Of a stretch of DNA of 64,000 nucleotides, positions 27,626 to 37,324 are shown piece by piece. A program made the position numbers and the translations under genes. Below the pieces are notes generated by a model, which saw nothing but the letters and a program-made list of their open reading frames with translations, had not been told where the DNA came from and did not search any database. Source of the DNA: a virus. Each line of letters begins with the position of its first letter. Position 1 is the first letter of the stretch. The stretch spans positions 17,220 to 81,219 of IMG/VR virus record IMGVR_UViG_3300042560_001229. One strand, written 5' to 3'.

Positions 27626-28300
27626 ATGCCGACCACACTTGTCCGTCCCCTTACCACGCTGCGCGAAGTCCAGAAGGAAACGCGCAATGTGGATACTGCC
27701 CAAGAAGATTGGTTCAAGGAGTGCATCAATGCGGCGAGCCGTGCAGTGGAAGCCATCACCGGAAGGGAGTTCTGGTATTTTGATTACTCGTCCACCGAGC
27801 TTGTTGTGAAAGAGAAGTGGGTGGTGATGAGCCGCATCTACCTTCCGTGGCCCATCATTACGCTGACGGAGATTAAGAACCTCGGGGAAGTGGTTCCGAG
27901 TGAGCAGTATTATTACAGTGGCGGGGTCATTCAAGGGCTGCGCTGGTGGGCGACCTACCGCAACCGTCCGAATTACTCGAACACCGGATTGGACGGCACA
28001 CCTATCGGTGGCGACCATGAATCCGAAGGACTGTTTGCCGTGGGCAGCACCGGGCTGATGAGCAACCCCCTGACCATTAAGGGCACGTTTGGATGGCCGC
28101 TGACTGACGCAGTGACGCCGCCTCCTACCCTGCCTGCGGATTTGCGCCGTGCGGCGACTTTGCTGGCCGCTGCTTGGACGATGTTCAACCGCAGGGAACT
28201 GGTGGGTTATGACGGTCAGAAGCAGACGTTGCTCGACAGCCGGATTCCCAAGGAAGTGAAGGACATTCTGAGCGCCGGATACAGCGAACGATTCCTGTGA
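27626..28300 (+). CDS. Head-tail adaptor (gp6/gp15-like)
   Basis: TTLREV..INAASRAVEAITGREF..LPWPI..PADLRRA..IPKEVKDIL. Confidence 0.8.
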   Translation: MPTTLVRPLTTLREVQKETRNVDTAQEDWFKECINAASRAVEAITGREFWYFDYSSTELVVKEKWVVMSRIYLPWPIITLTEIKNLGEVVPSEQYYYSGGVIQGLRWWATYRNRPNYSNTGLDGTPIGGDHESEGLFAVGSTGLMSNPLTIKGTFGWPLTDAVTPPPTLPADLRRAATLLAAAWTMFNRRELVGYDGQKQTLLDSRIPKEVKDILSAGYSERFL

Positions 28301-28776
28301 ACGGCTCGTTTCGAGTAGTGGTGCATGGTGAGCGGGCGGAAGCAGCCATGCGGAAGCTCGCGGCGGAACTGACCGTCGCCAAGACGAAGCCGGTCATTGC
28401 CGGAGTGGCATGGCGGGTTCATGCACGGCTGGTCAGGAACACGCCGATCAAGTGGACAGGGAATCTGCGCCGAAGCTGGACGGTGGTTGAAACGCCTACC
28501 GGCTTTGTCGTCACCAATCCGAACAGGGTGATGTTGTTTCTGGAGAAGGGCACGCGGGCGCATGGCCCGAGATTCAAGAAGTTCCTCTACATCCCGTTGG
28601 TGCCGTCTGCGATGGTCTGGCACCCCGGTTTAATTCGTGGTCAGGACTACGTGCTGACCAAGAGAGTGCGGGGTATCCGCGCACGGAACATTGTCCGCGA
28701 TGAGCGCCCCACTGCCCGAGCGGAAATGCTTGCGGCGTTGACCCGTTACGTGGATAACGTGCTGAACAAACCATGA
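28297..28776 (+). CDS. Neck/tail completion protein (HK97 gp10-like)
   Basis: TPIKWTGNLRRSW..FLEKGT. Confidence 0.78.
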   Translation: MNGSFRVVVHGERAEAAMRKLAAELTVAKTKPVIAGVAWRVHARLVRNTPIKWTGNLRRSWTVVETPTGFVVTNPNRVMLFLEKGTRAHGPRFKKFLYIPLVPSAMVWHPGLIRGQDYVLTKRVRGIRARNIVRDERPTARAEMLAALTRYVDNVLNKP

Positions 28777-29318
28777 ACGTCACCGATTACCCCATCCCTG
28801 CCAGAGCCTTTGCGGTGATGGACGCTCGCATTGCTTTCTGGTCGGTGGCCGGGTCTGGTCGGGTGCTGGATGGCGTGACCTATGACCGGGAGGCTCGATT
28901 GGAGCCGATGGGTGCGGACATGCTGCCCATGATTCAGCCGGTGGACTATACTTGGGAGGAGAAGGTGTGGGGCGGTGCATCCTCCGCACCTGAGCGCGTG
29001 GGTAACACCCAAGTCGTCTCGGAAATCACGTCCACGTTCTTCGTCGCTGGGCGCAGGGAGTATGGTCTGATTCAGCGCAGCACGGCTAACCCCGAGGACG
29101 GCAAGGGTGTCTTGGAGTGGGTGTCCCGGTTGCAGGATGCCTTGGAGAAGGCCGTGAGTGACGGCAGGCAGGATTCCATGCTGGAGGGGACACTGGCCAA
29201 GCCCATGCGCTTTGTGTGCAAGCAGAACTACCTTTCCGATCTGTCGTTCGCCCTCCTGCTGGAAGTCTCCCTATTCACCGTGCCGTATTGGAGAGCCGGG
29301 AGGACACCGCCGTTTTGA
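28773..29318 (+). CDS. Putative tail terminator
   Basis: Position between the gp10-like and tail tube genes. Confidence 0.5.
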   Translation: MNVTDYPIPARAFAVMDARIAFWSVAGSGRVLDGVTYDREARLEPMGADMLPMIQPVDYTWEEKVWGGASSAPERVGNTQVVSEITSTFFVAGRREYGLIQRSTANPEDGKGVLEWVSRLQDALEKAVSDGRQDSMLEGTLAKPMRFVCKQNYLSDLSFALLLEVSLFTVPYWRAGRTPPF

Positions 29319-29410
29319 TGAAAGAAAATCTTGACGCGATGCTCGCGCTTACGCACAGTGCGCTCAGTCCACAACGTATTCAGCCTCACACTTAACAGAA
29401 CCCAAACATT

Positions 29411-29755
29411 ATGGCAGTCATCGGAGACGCTCTTACTTTCGGAATCGCAGCAGACCAAGGCGGTGGTAGCCCGGTTTTGGTTTTGCAGAAACTCACTGTC
29501 AACCAGAAGACTGACCAGAAGGAGGCCCGCGACCGCAACGGTGTCGTGCAGGCTGTGTCGTTCTACAACAAGACGCAGGAAATCAGCCTCGAAGGTCTTG
29601 GTGCATACACCGGAGCAGCCATCGGTGCTGCGCTTTCGCTTTCCGGCATCACCCTTGTTGGCACGTCTGCTTACGTTCAGGAAATCAATGTCGAGCACGG
29701 CAACGAGGAATTTCTCAAGACAAGTGTGAAGGCGATGTGCTGGGAAGGCATCTAA
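29411..29755 (+). CDS. Putative minimal tail tube protein
   Basis: Beta-rich, strong codon bias, own promoter, upstream of chaperone and TMP. Confidence 0.6.
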   Translation: MAVIGDALTFGIAADQGGGSPVLVLQKLTVNQKTDQKEARDRNGVVQAVSFYNKTQEISLEGLGAYTGAAIGAALSLSGITLVGTSAYVQEINVEHGNEEFLKTSVKAMCWEGI

Positions 29756-29789
29756 ACCTTCTACTTGGCGATGACCCCCGCTTGACGGG

Positions 29790-30281
29790 ATGCCAATGGA
29801 ATCAACAGGAGACATAACGCAGGATGGGGCTGGTGACGTAAGGCAGGGTTCGCTGATCGTCTATGTTCGGAATACGCAACTGGCGGCGTGCTTGGTGGCG
29901 ATTGGGGTGAGACTGAGAAAAGACCCTCCCTACACCAAGAAGGAGATGGGCAACGGGGATGTTGTGACCACTTGGAATTTCGAGGCGAAGACGCCTGACG
30001 GTGGCATCAATACCTTGGATATGCTCAAGGCGTGGAAGGATGATGTGGCCTTTGGTGAAAAGAATCCGACCCATCCGTTCACGTTCGCCATGCACGCAGT
30101 CAAGAACTACCGGCAGATGGTGGAGCATGTTCACAATCAGCAACCGTGGGTGGCCTATGTGAGTGAAACCGGGATGCACACAATTTGGGTCATCAAGGAC
30201 TCTGCCAAGGCTAGGGAGTGTGTGGCGCTTGGACTGTCCCGCACTGGCGACCATGCCGAAGTTGACCAGCACACCAGTTAG
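29790..30281 (+). CDS. Hypothetical tail-region protein
   Basis: ORF in the tail operon. Confidence 0.6.
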   Translation: MPMESTGDITQDGAGDVRQGSLIVYVRNTQLAACLVAIGVRLRKDPPYTKKEMGNGDVVTTWNFEAKTPDGGINTLDMLKAWKDDVAFGEKNPTHPFTFAMHAVKNYRQMVEHVHNQQPWVAYVSETGMHTIWVIKDSAKARECVALGLSRTGDHAEVDQHTS

Positions 30282-30852
30282 CAATACCGATATGAGCGAC
30301 GACGACATCACCACCATACTACGTGACGGACAAAAGCCCAAAATTGACCCACAAGCGGCCTCTGACCCCAAGCCCCCTACACCCACCCCAACTAGTAGCT
30401 CCGGCGTTTCTGGAGCCAAGGATTTGATAGCGCGAATCGAGCAGGCAGGCAGTGCCAGCTTGCTGGATGAGAACCGCAAGATCGTTGTGGGTGGATGGGA
30501 AATTCGTCCGGTGAGTCTTGGCTCCATCGAGATGCTGCACTTGCTGGAGTCGAAGCTGATTTCCGGGGTGCGAGTGAATAACGTGGCTGACCTGCTGGGT
30601 GACTGCTTGGAGTTCATCATGCTGCATGTCATCAGCGAGGATGACGCCGTAGAGCATTGCTTCCTGAGCAAAGTGGAGAGGCAGAAGGCCGTGATGAAGT
30701 GGGGTCTGAAAGTGAAGGTGCAGGACATCGAAGGGCTTGTGAAAAGCACGATTGGGGTGATTGCCAGTGCCACGTCCACACAGGTTAAGGGGACGCCGCC
30801 CGAGCATGTGAAGGCTGCTGGTAGGAAGGGTTCCGGTTCAAAAAAAGCGTAA
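30253..30852 (+). CDS. Tail assembly chaperone (G)
   Basis: Upstream of TMP; ends at a slippery A-AAA-AAA-G. Confidence 0.7.
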   Translation: MPKLTSTPVSNTDMSDDDITTILRDGQKPKIDPQAASDPKPPTPTPTSSSGVSGAKDLIARIEQAGSASLLDENRKIVVGGWEIRPVSLGSIEMLHLLESKLISGVRVNNVADLLGDCLEFIMLHVISEDDAVEHCFLSKVERQKAVMKWGLKVKVQDIEGLVKSTIGVIASATSTQVKGTPPEHVKAAGRKGSGSKKA

Positions 30853-31058
30853 GGCCACCTTGGTTGCACCGTCTGGTTGCAATCGTGGTGGCCATCACCG
30901 GGCACGACTCCCGTTACGTGATCTGGAAAATGCCGCTGCGTCAGGTGTTCGTGTGGGAGCATGTGCATCTGGAGAAAGAGGGCTGGACGTGCTGGCCTCC
31001 TAGTGTGGAGTTATCTGCCGAGGAGGTTATTCGTTCGTTCAGGAAGGAAAGGGCTTGA
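30840..31058 (+). CDS. Tail assembly chaperone -1 frameshift extension (GT)
   Basis: -1 frame open from the slippery site to 31058 (SVRPPWLHRLVAIV..WKMPL). Confidence 0.7.
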   Translation, partial: KKSVRPPWLHRLVAIVVAITGHDSRYVIWKMPLRQVFVWEHVHLEKEGWTCWPPSVELSAEEVIRSFRKERA

Positions 31059-31092
31059 GTCACCCATGTCGCTGAGTTAAGAGAACGCACGT

Positions 31093-33273
31093 ATGTCAAA
31101 CCCAACCGTAACCATTGATCTGCTGGGCAATCTTGCTCCGCTGAATCAGTCACTCGGCAGGGCGCGAGATGCTCTTGGCCGTTTCGTGAAGCAGGGCACT
31201 ATGGGCAGTCGTGCCGGTGGTGGCGGTGGTAGCCGTGGTGTGCAGACTGTCAGCGTGTTTGGAAGCGGAGGCGGTGGCGCTGGCCGAGGCGGTGGAGGAG
31301 GCGGTGGAGCAGGCTCCGATGATGACGGAGGCATGAACCTCGGTGGCCTTATTGGCAAGGCAGGCTCGGCATTGGCTGCACTTTACGCACTCAAGAAGGG
31401 TGTGGACTTTGTTGGTGCAGGCATTTCGCTGAACGCACAGATGGAGGATGCCAAGACTAGCATCGCCACAATGCTGGGCATGTTCGGGGATGATCGTGGA
31501 TTCGGTGATCGCATGAAGGTTGCTGGCGGTGTAGTTGAGGAGATTAGGCAAAAGGGGTTGCTCGCGGAGGCGACGTTCAGTGAGTTGCTTAACACCTACG
31601 GAGCCATTGCAGGCACGGCCATTTCTGCCGGTGTCACGGAGGCGTCTGACCAGATTAACCTGATGGTGGCCGGGTCGCAGGCGTTGAAGGTGCTGAATGG
31701 CGACCAAGCAAACCTCGCCGCAGAGTTGAATCGTGCGTTGTCCGGTCAGTTGAAGACTGGTGACAAGCTGTTGCTCGTGAACGGACTGACCAAGGATGCG
31801 ATGAATAAGGCAATCAAGGAGGGTAACGCCTTGAAGTTCATCATGGAGAAGCTGGCCCCTGTCATTAAGGACGGCAAGGAGGGTCTGACAAATTGGGGGT
31901 CGCAGATAACGCTGTTGAAGGAGAACTGGCAGACTTTTCAATCGGCAGTCGCCGCCCCTATTTTTGACCATGCGAAGAATGCACTGATCTGGATTAACGA
32001 GAAGCTCGGGGTAATCACAGCAGAAGTAAAGGTGTGGGCTGGAACGGTGCAGGGTATCTTTGCCAATGGGGATGCCGGGTCTGTGCTTAGTCTGGCTCTG
32101 CAAATCGGAGCAGCCGATGGCATCGAGTATATGGCTGGCCTGCTCTTTGCGGTGTTCAGTGCCGCAGGTGAGGTTCTTTTGCGCTCGCTGGTTCGTCTTG
32201 GTGATGGTGATTTTTGGGTTGCGGTGGGGGACATCATGGTTGGCTTGGCTAAAGTGTTCCTTGGGACTATGGGAACGGTTGGCGCTTACCTTCTGGATGG
32301 CTTTGCCTCAGCGGTGGACTTTCTTGCAGCCGGGATGATGGTGGCTTCCGGGAAGTTCAAGAATGTGTTCAACTCGGACACGGTTGGTAATGTGATGCTG
32401 TTTGCCGAGACGATGAGGGAAGCCATGCTTAACCCGCTGGCTGAGTTAGGCAAAGGTCTGATGACCGTCGCCAATTACTTTGCCCAAGCCATGAGTTCTG
32501 CGTTGAAGGGGGACTTTTCGGCCATAGGTGCCGTAGCGAAGCCCCTGTATGCGGCACTCAATCCGGTAACTTTCCTCCTTAGCGAAACAGCCAAGAAAGT
32601 GGCATCTGTTGCCAGTGGTGCTAAGGCAGGCATCACCATTGACGAAGCCTTGAAAGAATCCAAGGGAACCGGGAAGGACGTGTTGACGAGCATGGGTATT
32701 GATACCGGGAAGATGAAGGACATTAGCGGTGTCATTGCATCCAGCGGTGTTGAGCAAGCGGCCAAAGGTGCGGCTGCACGTTTGCAGCAGTTGAACGAGG
32801 ACGTGGCGAATCCCATTGTTGACGCATTGACGAACTTCACGAAACCCGACATGATTGACACTTCGGCGCAGGAGAAAGCGTTGAAGGATAAGCTAGATGC
32901 TGCCAAGCCTCTTGAGTTTTTTGGCCCCGAGTGGGATGGGCGCAAGCCGATGACTAAGGCCAAGGAGAATGGCGATGGCGATGGTGACAAGACTGTGGCA
33001 GACAGTCTCGCCTCCATTGGTGGTGGCGGTAATGTGTGGGGCGGTGGCAGCGGCATGTCCGAAGTGCAGGAGCAGACCGCCGCCGTGAAGGAGCAGGTAG
33101 TTGCCGCAGGGCAGCAGACCGTTGCGGTGCAGGCACAGACGACTGCCGTGCAGGAGCAGTCCAGTCACACCAAGATACTGGTGGACGTTATGCGTGACTC
33201 CTATGCTGCGCTGCTGAACATCGTGGAAAATACCAAGAACCGGGGCGGGTTCTCCCTAACCGCATCCGCATAA
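31093..33273 (+). CDS. Tape measure protein
   Basis: RARDALGRFVK, Ala/Gly-rich helical 726 aa, follows the G/GT chaperone. Confidence 0.88.
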   Translation: MSNPTVTIDLLGNLAPLNQSLGRARDALGRFVKQGTMGSRAGGGGGSRGVQTVSVFGSGGGGAGRGGGGGGGAGSDDDGGMNLGGLIGKAGSALAALYALKKGVDFVGAGISLNAQMEDAKTSIATMLGMFGDDRGFGDRMKVAGGVVEEIRQKGLLAEATFSELLNTYGAIAGTAISAGVTEASDQINLMVAGSQALKVLNGDQANLAAELNRALSGQLKTGDKLLLVNGLTKDAMNKAIKEGNALKFIMEKLAPVIKDGKEGLTNWGSQITLLKENWQTFQSAVAAPIFDHAKNALIWINEKLGVITAEVKVWAGTVQGIFANGDAGSVLSLALQIGAADGIEYMAGLLFAVFSAAGEVLLRSLVRLGDGDFWVAVGDIMVGLAKVFLGTMGTVGAYLLDGFASAVDFLAAGMMVASGKFKNVFNSDTVGNVMLFAETMREAMLNPLAELGKGLMTVANYFAQAMSSALKGDFSAIGAVAKPLYAALNPVTFLLSETAKKVASVASGAKAGITIDEALKESKGTGKDVLTSMGIDTGKMKDISGVIASSGVEQAAKGAAARLQQLNEDVANPIVDALTNFTKPDMIDTSAQEKALKDKLDAAKPLEFFGPEWDGRKPMTKAKENGDGDGDKTVADSLASIGGGGNVWGGGSGMSEVQEQTAAVKEQVVAAGQQTVAVQAQTTAVQEQSSHTKILVDVMRDSYAALLNIVENTKNRGGFSLTASA

Positions 33274-33276
33274 TTT

Positions 33277-33996
33277 ATGTCAACGCCCATTTGGATAGGA
33301 ACCGACCTTGCTGGCTACTTGCTGGAGGATGTCCCTGCGACCATTGATATTGACGAGTCCGGGGTTGCCAAAGGTTCGTTGACCTTTACATCGAGATACG
33401 ACGGTGCGGTTGGGCTGGTGCTGGCTGTAACCGAGCATCCCACCTACCCGTGGTTGCAGCGAACGACGGCCACGGTAACACGCGAGGAGGGTGATTCGGC
33501 CAAAATCGTGGTGAACTACGAAGGCGTCACACCAAGTCCCGGTGACGAGGAAGTGCCTGCTGAGAGGAAGCAGTATTCGTTGAAGGTGACTGCCGGGAAT
33601 GAACCCATCGAGACGCACCCGCAGTTCTTTGCCATGATTACAAACTTTCGTGCGATCATTGACAAGGAGGATGACAAGTTCAAAGGATTCCCGGCGTATC
33701 TGGACGCGGAGAAGACGCAGAGGAATCCGATGGCTGGGGTCAAGAATTACCTAGTGCCCGGTCTGATTTATGAGGAGAGCTATACCGACCCCGATGGCAA
33801 TGTGGATTTGGGTGCATTATTCGGCACAATGGGGGCAATAAGCGTTCCACCCAGCAGCGGCGTTCTTCCGAACATCCCCGGTAGGAACTGGCTGATGGTT
33901 GGCGGCAGCGTCTCCAAGGTGGGCGATGGGTTGAAGGTGACGCGAAGCTGGCGCATGAGCGGTGACGACGGCTGGAATCCCTCCATCTACCTTTAA
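33277..33996 (+). CDS. Distal tail/tail-tip protein
   Basis: Follows TMP; EPIETHP..NWL..W..S..GWNP.IY. Confidence 0.6.
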   Translation: MSTPIWIGTDLAGYLLEDVPATIDIDESGVAKGSLTFTSRYDGAVGLVLAVTEHPTYPWLQRTTATVTREEGDSAKIVVNYEGVTPSPGDEEVPAERKQYSLKVTAGNEPIETHPQFFAMITNFRAIIDKEDDKFKGFPAYLDAEKTQRNPMAGVKNYLVPGLIYEESYTDPDGNVDLGALFGTMGAISVPPSSGVLPNIPGRNWLMVGGSVSKVGDGLKVTRSWRMSGDDGWNPSIYL

Positions 33997-34001
33997 GTGC
34001 C

Positions 34002-34526
34002 GTGAGTATTAAGATGCCAGTGTTCAAGTGCAGTGAGAAGGCGTTGGAAGACGCGCTGAACCTGCTGGCTCGTGGAATTGAAACTGTTGCAAACCGCTCC
34101 ACGATAAACACGGCAGGCGGGCTGCTGTTCAGGCAGGACGAGTCAGGGGTAACTCTGGAGGAGATGCCCGATGAGGACACGTCTGGAAGGCATGACTCGC
34201 CCTACGAGATGGGAACCACGGCTTACGGCAGTGATGACCCCGAGAACCCGACAGCCCGGCCTGCGCTGACGAGCGCCATGACGGACACCGGCATCGTGGG
34301 TATTCAGCCACTCGACTACGTTGGCAGTGACCCGACGTTTGGATTCAATGTGCAGGTAGTGACTCGCAGGATTTTTTACAACCCGGCGTCTGGTGCTTTC
34401 GATGTCCGAATGTTTGTCCGTGACCTTATTTTTGATTCCAAAGGCAGGCTCTACAAGATCACCGCCGAGAAGATAGTGGAGGAGTCCAACATTGTTGGCA
34501 CCGGCAGTAACGGAGGAGGAATATGA
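34002..34526 (+). CDS. Hypothetical tail-tip protein
   Basis: Tail operon context. Confidence 0.55.
   Translation: MSIKMPVFKCSEKALEDALNLLARGIETVANRSTINTAGGLLFRQDESGVTLEEMPDEDTSGRHDSPYEMGTTAYGSDDPENPTARPALTSAMTDTGIVGIQPLDYVGSDPTFGFNVQVVTRRIFYNPASGAFDVRMFVRDLIFDSKGRLYKITAEKIVEESNIVGTGSNGGGI
34077..34093. repeat. 17-bp palindromic dispersed repeat (intragenic)
   Basis: ATTGAAACTGTTGCAAA. Confidence 0.9.
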
Positions 34527-35317
34527 TTGCCCTCTATTCGTGGAAGTATCGGCAGGGGACGTTCTCGTTGAGCAATTCCCGGATATGGACTGCGAGTGTC
34601 CACTACGCCCTTCGAGCAGGGATGAGGCCTGTGCTTGTGGCCGATGAGGTTGGCGTCCGTTACCTTGCAGATGGCTTGAAGCTGCCCTTTGCCGAAGTCC
34701 TGCCGCTGCCCGCCATTCCTGATGAGCTTGTGCATGTGTATGATCTGACCAAGCTGACCGCGTTGCAGATAATTGCGGAGCGGGGAGAGCCTGTGATTCA
34801 CGTTGACCATGATGCCTTCATTCGCCGACCGCTCCCGAAGCGCATTCTGGAGGCTCCCTATGCCGCTGAGTTCAGATACCGCCCAAGTCAGGACGCCGCC
34901 AGTCTGCATGGGTCGCTGCCTGTCCCACGGTTTGCAGGGGATTTGCCAACCGGATTGATGGCAGGAATCATGGGCGGTAATGCCACTGAAAGAATCGTAG
35001 CGGTGTGTCGTGAATCGTTGCGGGTGGCTCTCGACCAACGGAACAGGCGAATGCTGGTTCAGGAGCCAAACGGCTTCCTGCTCTCCACAATCTTCGGTGA
35101 ACTGGCTTTCGGTGAGGCATTCCCTGACGCCGAGGAGTTGCTCCCGAGAGGGCCGTCTGTGCAGGAGGACTACTACAAGGTGGGGTATATGCACGCTGCT
35201 GGCTTGAAGAAGGATGCCGGAACGCGGTGTGAGATGCTGGAGTTTTTCAAGGCCGACATGCCGGAGGTTTTCGCAGCCACGCTTCCCGCCTTCGACTCCT
35301 ACCACACAGGGCGATAG
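34523..35317 (+). CDS. DUF6734-like / glycosyltransferase-like protein
   Basis: KL.AL..EPVIHVDHDAFI (DxD)..AGIMGG..GYMH. Confidence 0.55.
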   Translation: MIALYSWKYRQGTFSLSNSRIWTASVHYALRAGMRPVLVADEVGVRYLADGLKLPFAEVLPLPAIPDELVHVYDLTKLTALQIIAERGEPVIHVDHDAFIRRPLPKRILEAPYAAEFRYRPSQDAASLHGSLPVPRFAGDLPTGLMAGIMGGNATERIVAVCRESLRVALDQRNRRMLVQEPNGFLLSTIFGELAFGEAFPDAEELLPRGPSVQEDYYKVGYMHAAGLKKDAGTRCEMLEFFKADMPEVFAATLPAFDSYHTGR

Positions 35318-35321
35318 TTGT

Positions 35322-35398
35322 TTTGAAACCGTTGCAAAATTTTCTTTTGACAACGAATCAGTAAGGAGGCAGGCTGGTGGCCTATGAGCAAATCCACC
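35322..35398 (+). promoter_or_regulatory. Early-type promoter cassette
   Basis: Palindrome TTTGAAACCGTTGCAAA 35322-35338, TTGACA-ACGAATC 35347, CAGGCT, ATGAGCAAATCCACC 35384. Confidence 0.8.
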
Positions 35399-35626
35399 AA
35401 GCAAGTCACGCAGGCCGAGTATCTCGACCATTGCACCCGCGCCAGCCGCACCTTCCATACGCAGGACAGTTCCACCGGAGTTCCCGAATCCCGCTGGCCG
35501 CTGGTCTGCAACTGGTTCGACGGCTACAACGGCAACACACCCATCAATCCGCGTGAGGCTGGCCGCGTCGTCTATCTGGAGGATGGCAGCAAGCAGTGGT
35601 TCATCAATGAGGAGGCGCAGCCGTGA
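35384..35626 (+). CDS. Hypothetical early protein (MSKST start)
   Basis: Begins at the cassette ATG. Confidence 0.7.
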   Translation: MSKSTKQVTQAEYLDHCTRASRTFHTQDSSTGVPESRWPLVCNWFDGYNGNTPINPREAGRVVYLEDGSKQWFINEEAQP

Positions 35627-35850
35627 CCATTGCCGAAGCCAAGGCGGATGTTGCCAAGCGGTTGAAGGAACACACGCTTCCCTACCTTCGGCTGCGAGCA
35701 CGAACGGTTGGGTTCTACGGGTTCGGCTACGGCGAGGCGATCTTCGTTGACATCTTCTTCACCACCCCGCCGTCTGCTGGCTGGAAGGAGCGGGTGTTTG
35801 GTGATGTCCCGAAACCCAGCGCCGGAGGCTATATCCCACGAAGCGCATGA
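35623..35850 (+). CDS. Hypothetical protein
   Basis: GTGA overlap with the upstream gene. Confidence 0.6.
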   Translation: MTIAEAKADVAKRLKEHTLPYLRLRARTVGFYGFGYGEAIFVDIFFTTPPSAGWKERVFGDVPKPSAGGYIPRSA

Positions 35851-36473
35851 ATCCGATTCTCGAAATGTCCAAGCAAGTTGCCTGCCCCAAGTGCGGCGGA
35901 ATCATGGGCAGGATTACCGGAGCGGAGAAGCAGGGCGACCGTAGTGAAGTAGCCTGCCCGCACTGTGGGTGGAGTGGAACAGCGGAAGTCGTCTCGGAGC
36001 GGCTGGAGGTTTTCGAGTGGGGCTTTGACGGCGGTGCCCGCACGGTCATCTGGAACGTGGCCAAGATGCGCCGCTTCCTACTCAAGCACGCGGAGAAGAT
36101 TCCCGTCCATGAAGTGCCGTGGATGCTGGCCGAGAAATGGCTGGAGATGAACGACTTCTCCCCTACCGATGCTGACCCACCATCCGTGGCTGGGGACACG
36201 CCGCTGATCGTCATTGAGCATCCCTCGGCCATCGCGGAAGTCCGCGAGCATTTTGGACTCCTGCCCATTGATGGCTGGCACCGGATGTTCGACGCGGTAA
36301 AGGCGAAGCGAAACCTGCGGGCGTGGATTTGCAAGACCGCGCTGGAGCAGAAGTTTCGGATGCTGGACATCGTGCATGTGGACAACGGCGAGGGTGCTTT
36401 TGCGACGGAGACGCCCACGAACACGCAACTGGAAACGTGGGACAGGCAGGAACCCATTCTGCACCGACCATGA
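35847..36473 (+). CDS. Zn-ribbon plus ParB/Srx-like domain protein
   Basis: CPKC..CPHC; PLIVI..LPIDGWHRM. Confidence 0.6.
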   Translation: MNPILEMSKQVACPKCGGIMGRITGAEKQGDRSEVACPHCGWSGTAEVVSERLEVFEWGFDGGARTVIWNVAKMRRFLLKHAEKIPVHEVPWMLAEKWLEMNDFSPTDADPPSVAGDTPLIVIEHPSAIAEVREHFGLLPIDGWHRMFDAVKAKRNLRAWICKTALEQKFRMLDIVHVDNGEGAFATETPTNTQLETWDRQEPILHRP

Positions 36474-36742
36474 GCAACTACGTTTCCCGAGCATGGCTGC
36501 AATCCGTGGCCGCAGAGTTCCGCATTCAGATGAGCGGGCTGGAGACGAAGAAGGAACTGACCGCAGCGCGGAAGATCATGGAGTCCTTCATGGCCTGCTG
36601 CTCTTGGCGGAATCCACGGTTCAGTAAGGAGAAGTTTCGAGAGGCGTCCGATTATGATCGCCCTCCGGTCAAGCGAAAGCGCACCCGGCGACCCTCCACC
36701 ATTACTCAAGATCGCAAGCCCCGGCGCATTCTGGAAATTTGA
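36470..36742 (+). CDS. Hypothetical protein with C-terminal RKPRRILEI
   Basis: ATGA overlap; NPRFSKEKF. Confidence 0.65.
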   Translation: MSNYVSRAWLQSVAAEFRIQMSGLETKKELTAARKIMESFMACCSWRNPRFSKEKFREASDYDRPPVKRKRTRRPSTITQDRKPRRILEI

Positions 36743-36812
36743 AACTGTTGCAAAATAAACGATTGACGATAAATCGGTTCTGTAAGAAGTTGCCGTTCTT
36801 ATGAAATCCACC
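36738..36812 (+). promoter_or_regulatory. Early-type promoter cassette with an 11-aa MKST uORF
   Basis: Palindrome 36738-36754, TTGACG 36763, GAAGTT, ATGAAATCCACC 36801 (stop at 36836). Confidence 0.78.
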
Positions 36813-36819
36813 CCGCGTC

Positions 36820-37275
36820 ATGCCTTACCGACCTAACGCCCACAATCCAAGTAACGTCCCGCTGGAGCACTGGCAGCAACCCGGCTGGCGGCTGATGGAC
36901 GCCGATGAAGTCGGGAGTCAGTTCACCACCCCGCTGCCCTTCACCCATCGCTGGAGTTCTCTCCGACAAAAATGGATGCGGCGTCGTCACAAGACCGAAA
37001 TGTGGACAGCCTCCTCTCGGAATAACTCGTATCTCACGAAGCTGTCCCGCAACCGCATCCGCGCCCTGCGTGGTCTGCCCCGCGAGCACTTCCCACCGGA
37101 TGTGCCGCCACGCCCCAGCACGTCCCTTGCACACTTGACCATCCCTGCGCCGACGATAGTGCCACCGCATACTCCACCATCGCCAGCGTTTCCGCATGTG
37201 CCTACGCCTGCGCCTCCACCGGAACCCGAGCCACCACTGCAACGCCGGAAACGCATCCGCAAGCTGGAGTGGTAA
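36820..37275 (+). CDS. GYRLL-family protein with Pro-rich linker and C-terminal RIRKLEW
   Basis: NPSNV..GWRLMDADEVG..LRGLP is similar to 3402-3995. Confidence 0.7.
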   Translation: MPYRPNAHNPSNVPLEHWQQPGWRLMDADEVGSQFTTPLPFTHRWSSLRQKWMRRRHKTEMWTASSRNNSYLTKLSRNRIRALRGLPREHFPPDVPPRPSTSLAHLTIPAPTIVPPHTPPSPAFPHVPTPAPPPEPEPPLQRRKRIRKLEW

Positions 37276-37283
37276 CGCTGTGC

Positions 37284-37324
37284 TTGACTACAAATCAGTA
37301 ACCTAGTAAGTTGTCCACCTTATG
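37284..37324 (+). promoter_or_regulatory. Early-type promoter
   Basis: TTGACT-ACAAATC, TAAGTT after a 17-bp spacer, ATG at 37322. Confidence 0.7.

Noticed and set aside
31200-31330. GGC/GGT-rich low-complexity repeat
   Set aside because: It encodes a Gly-rich linker in the tape measure protein
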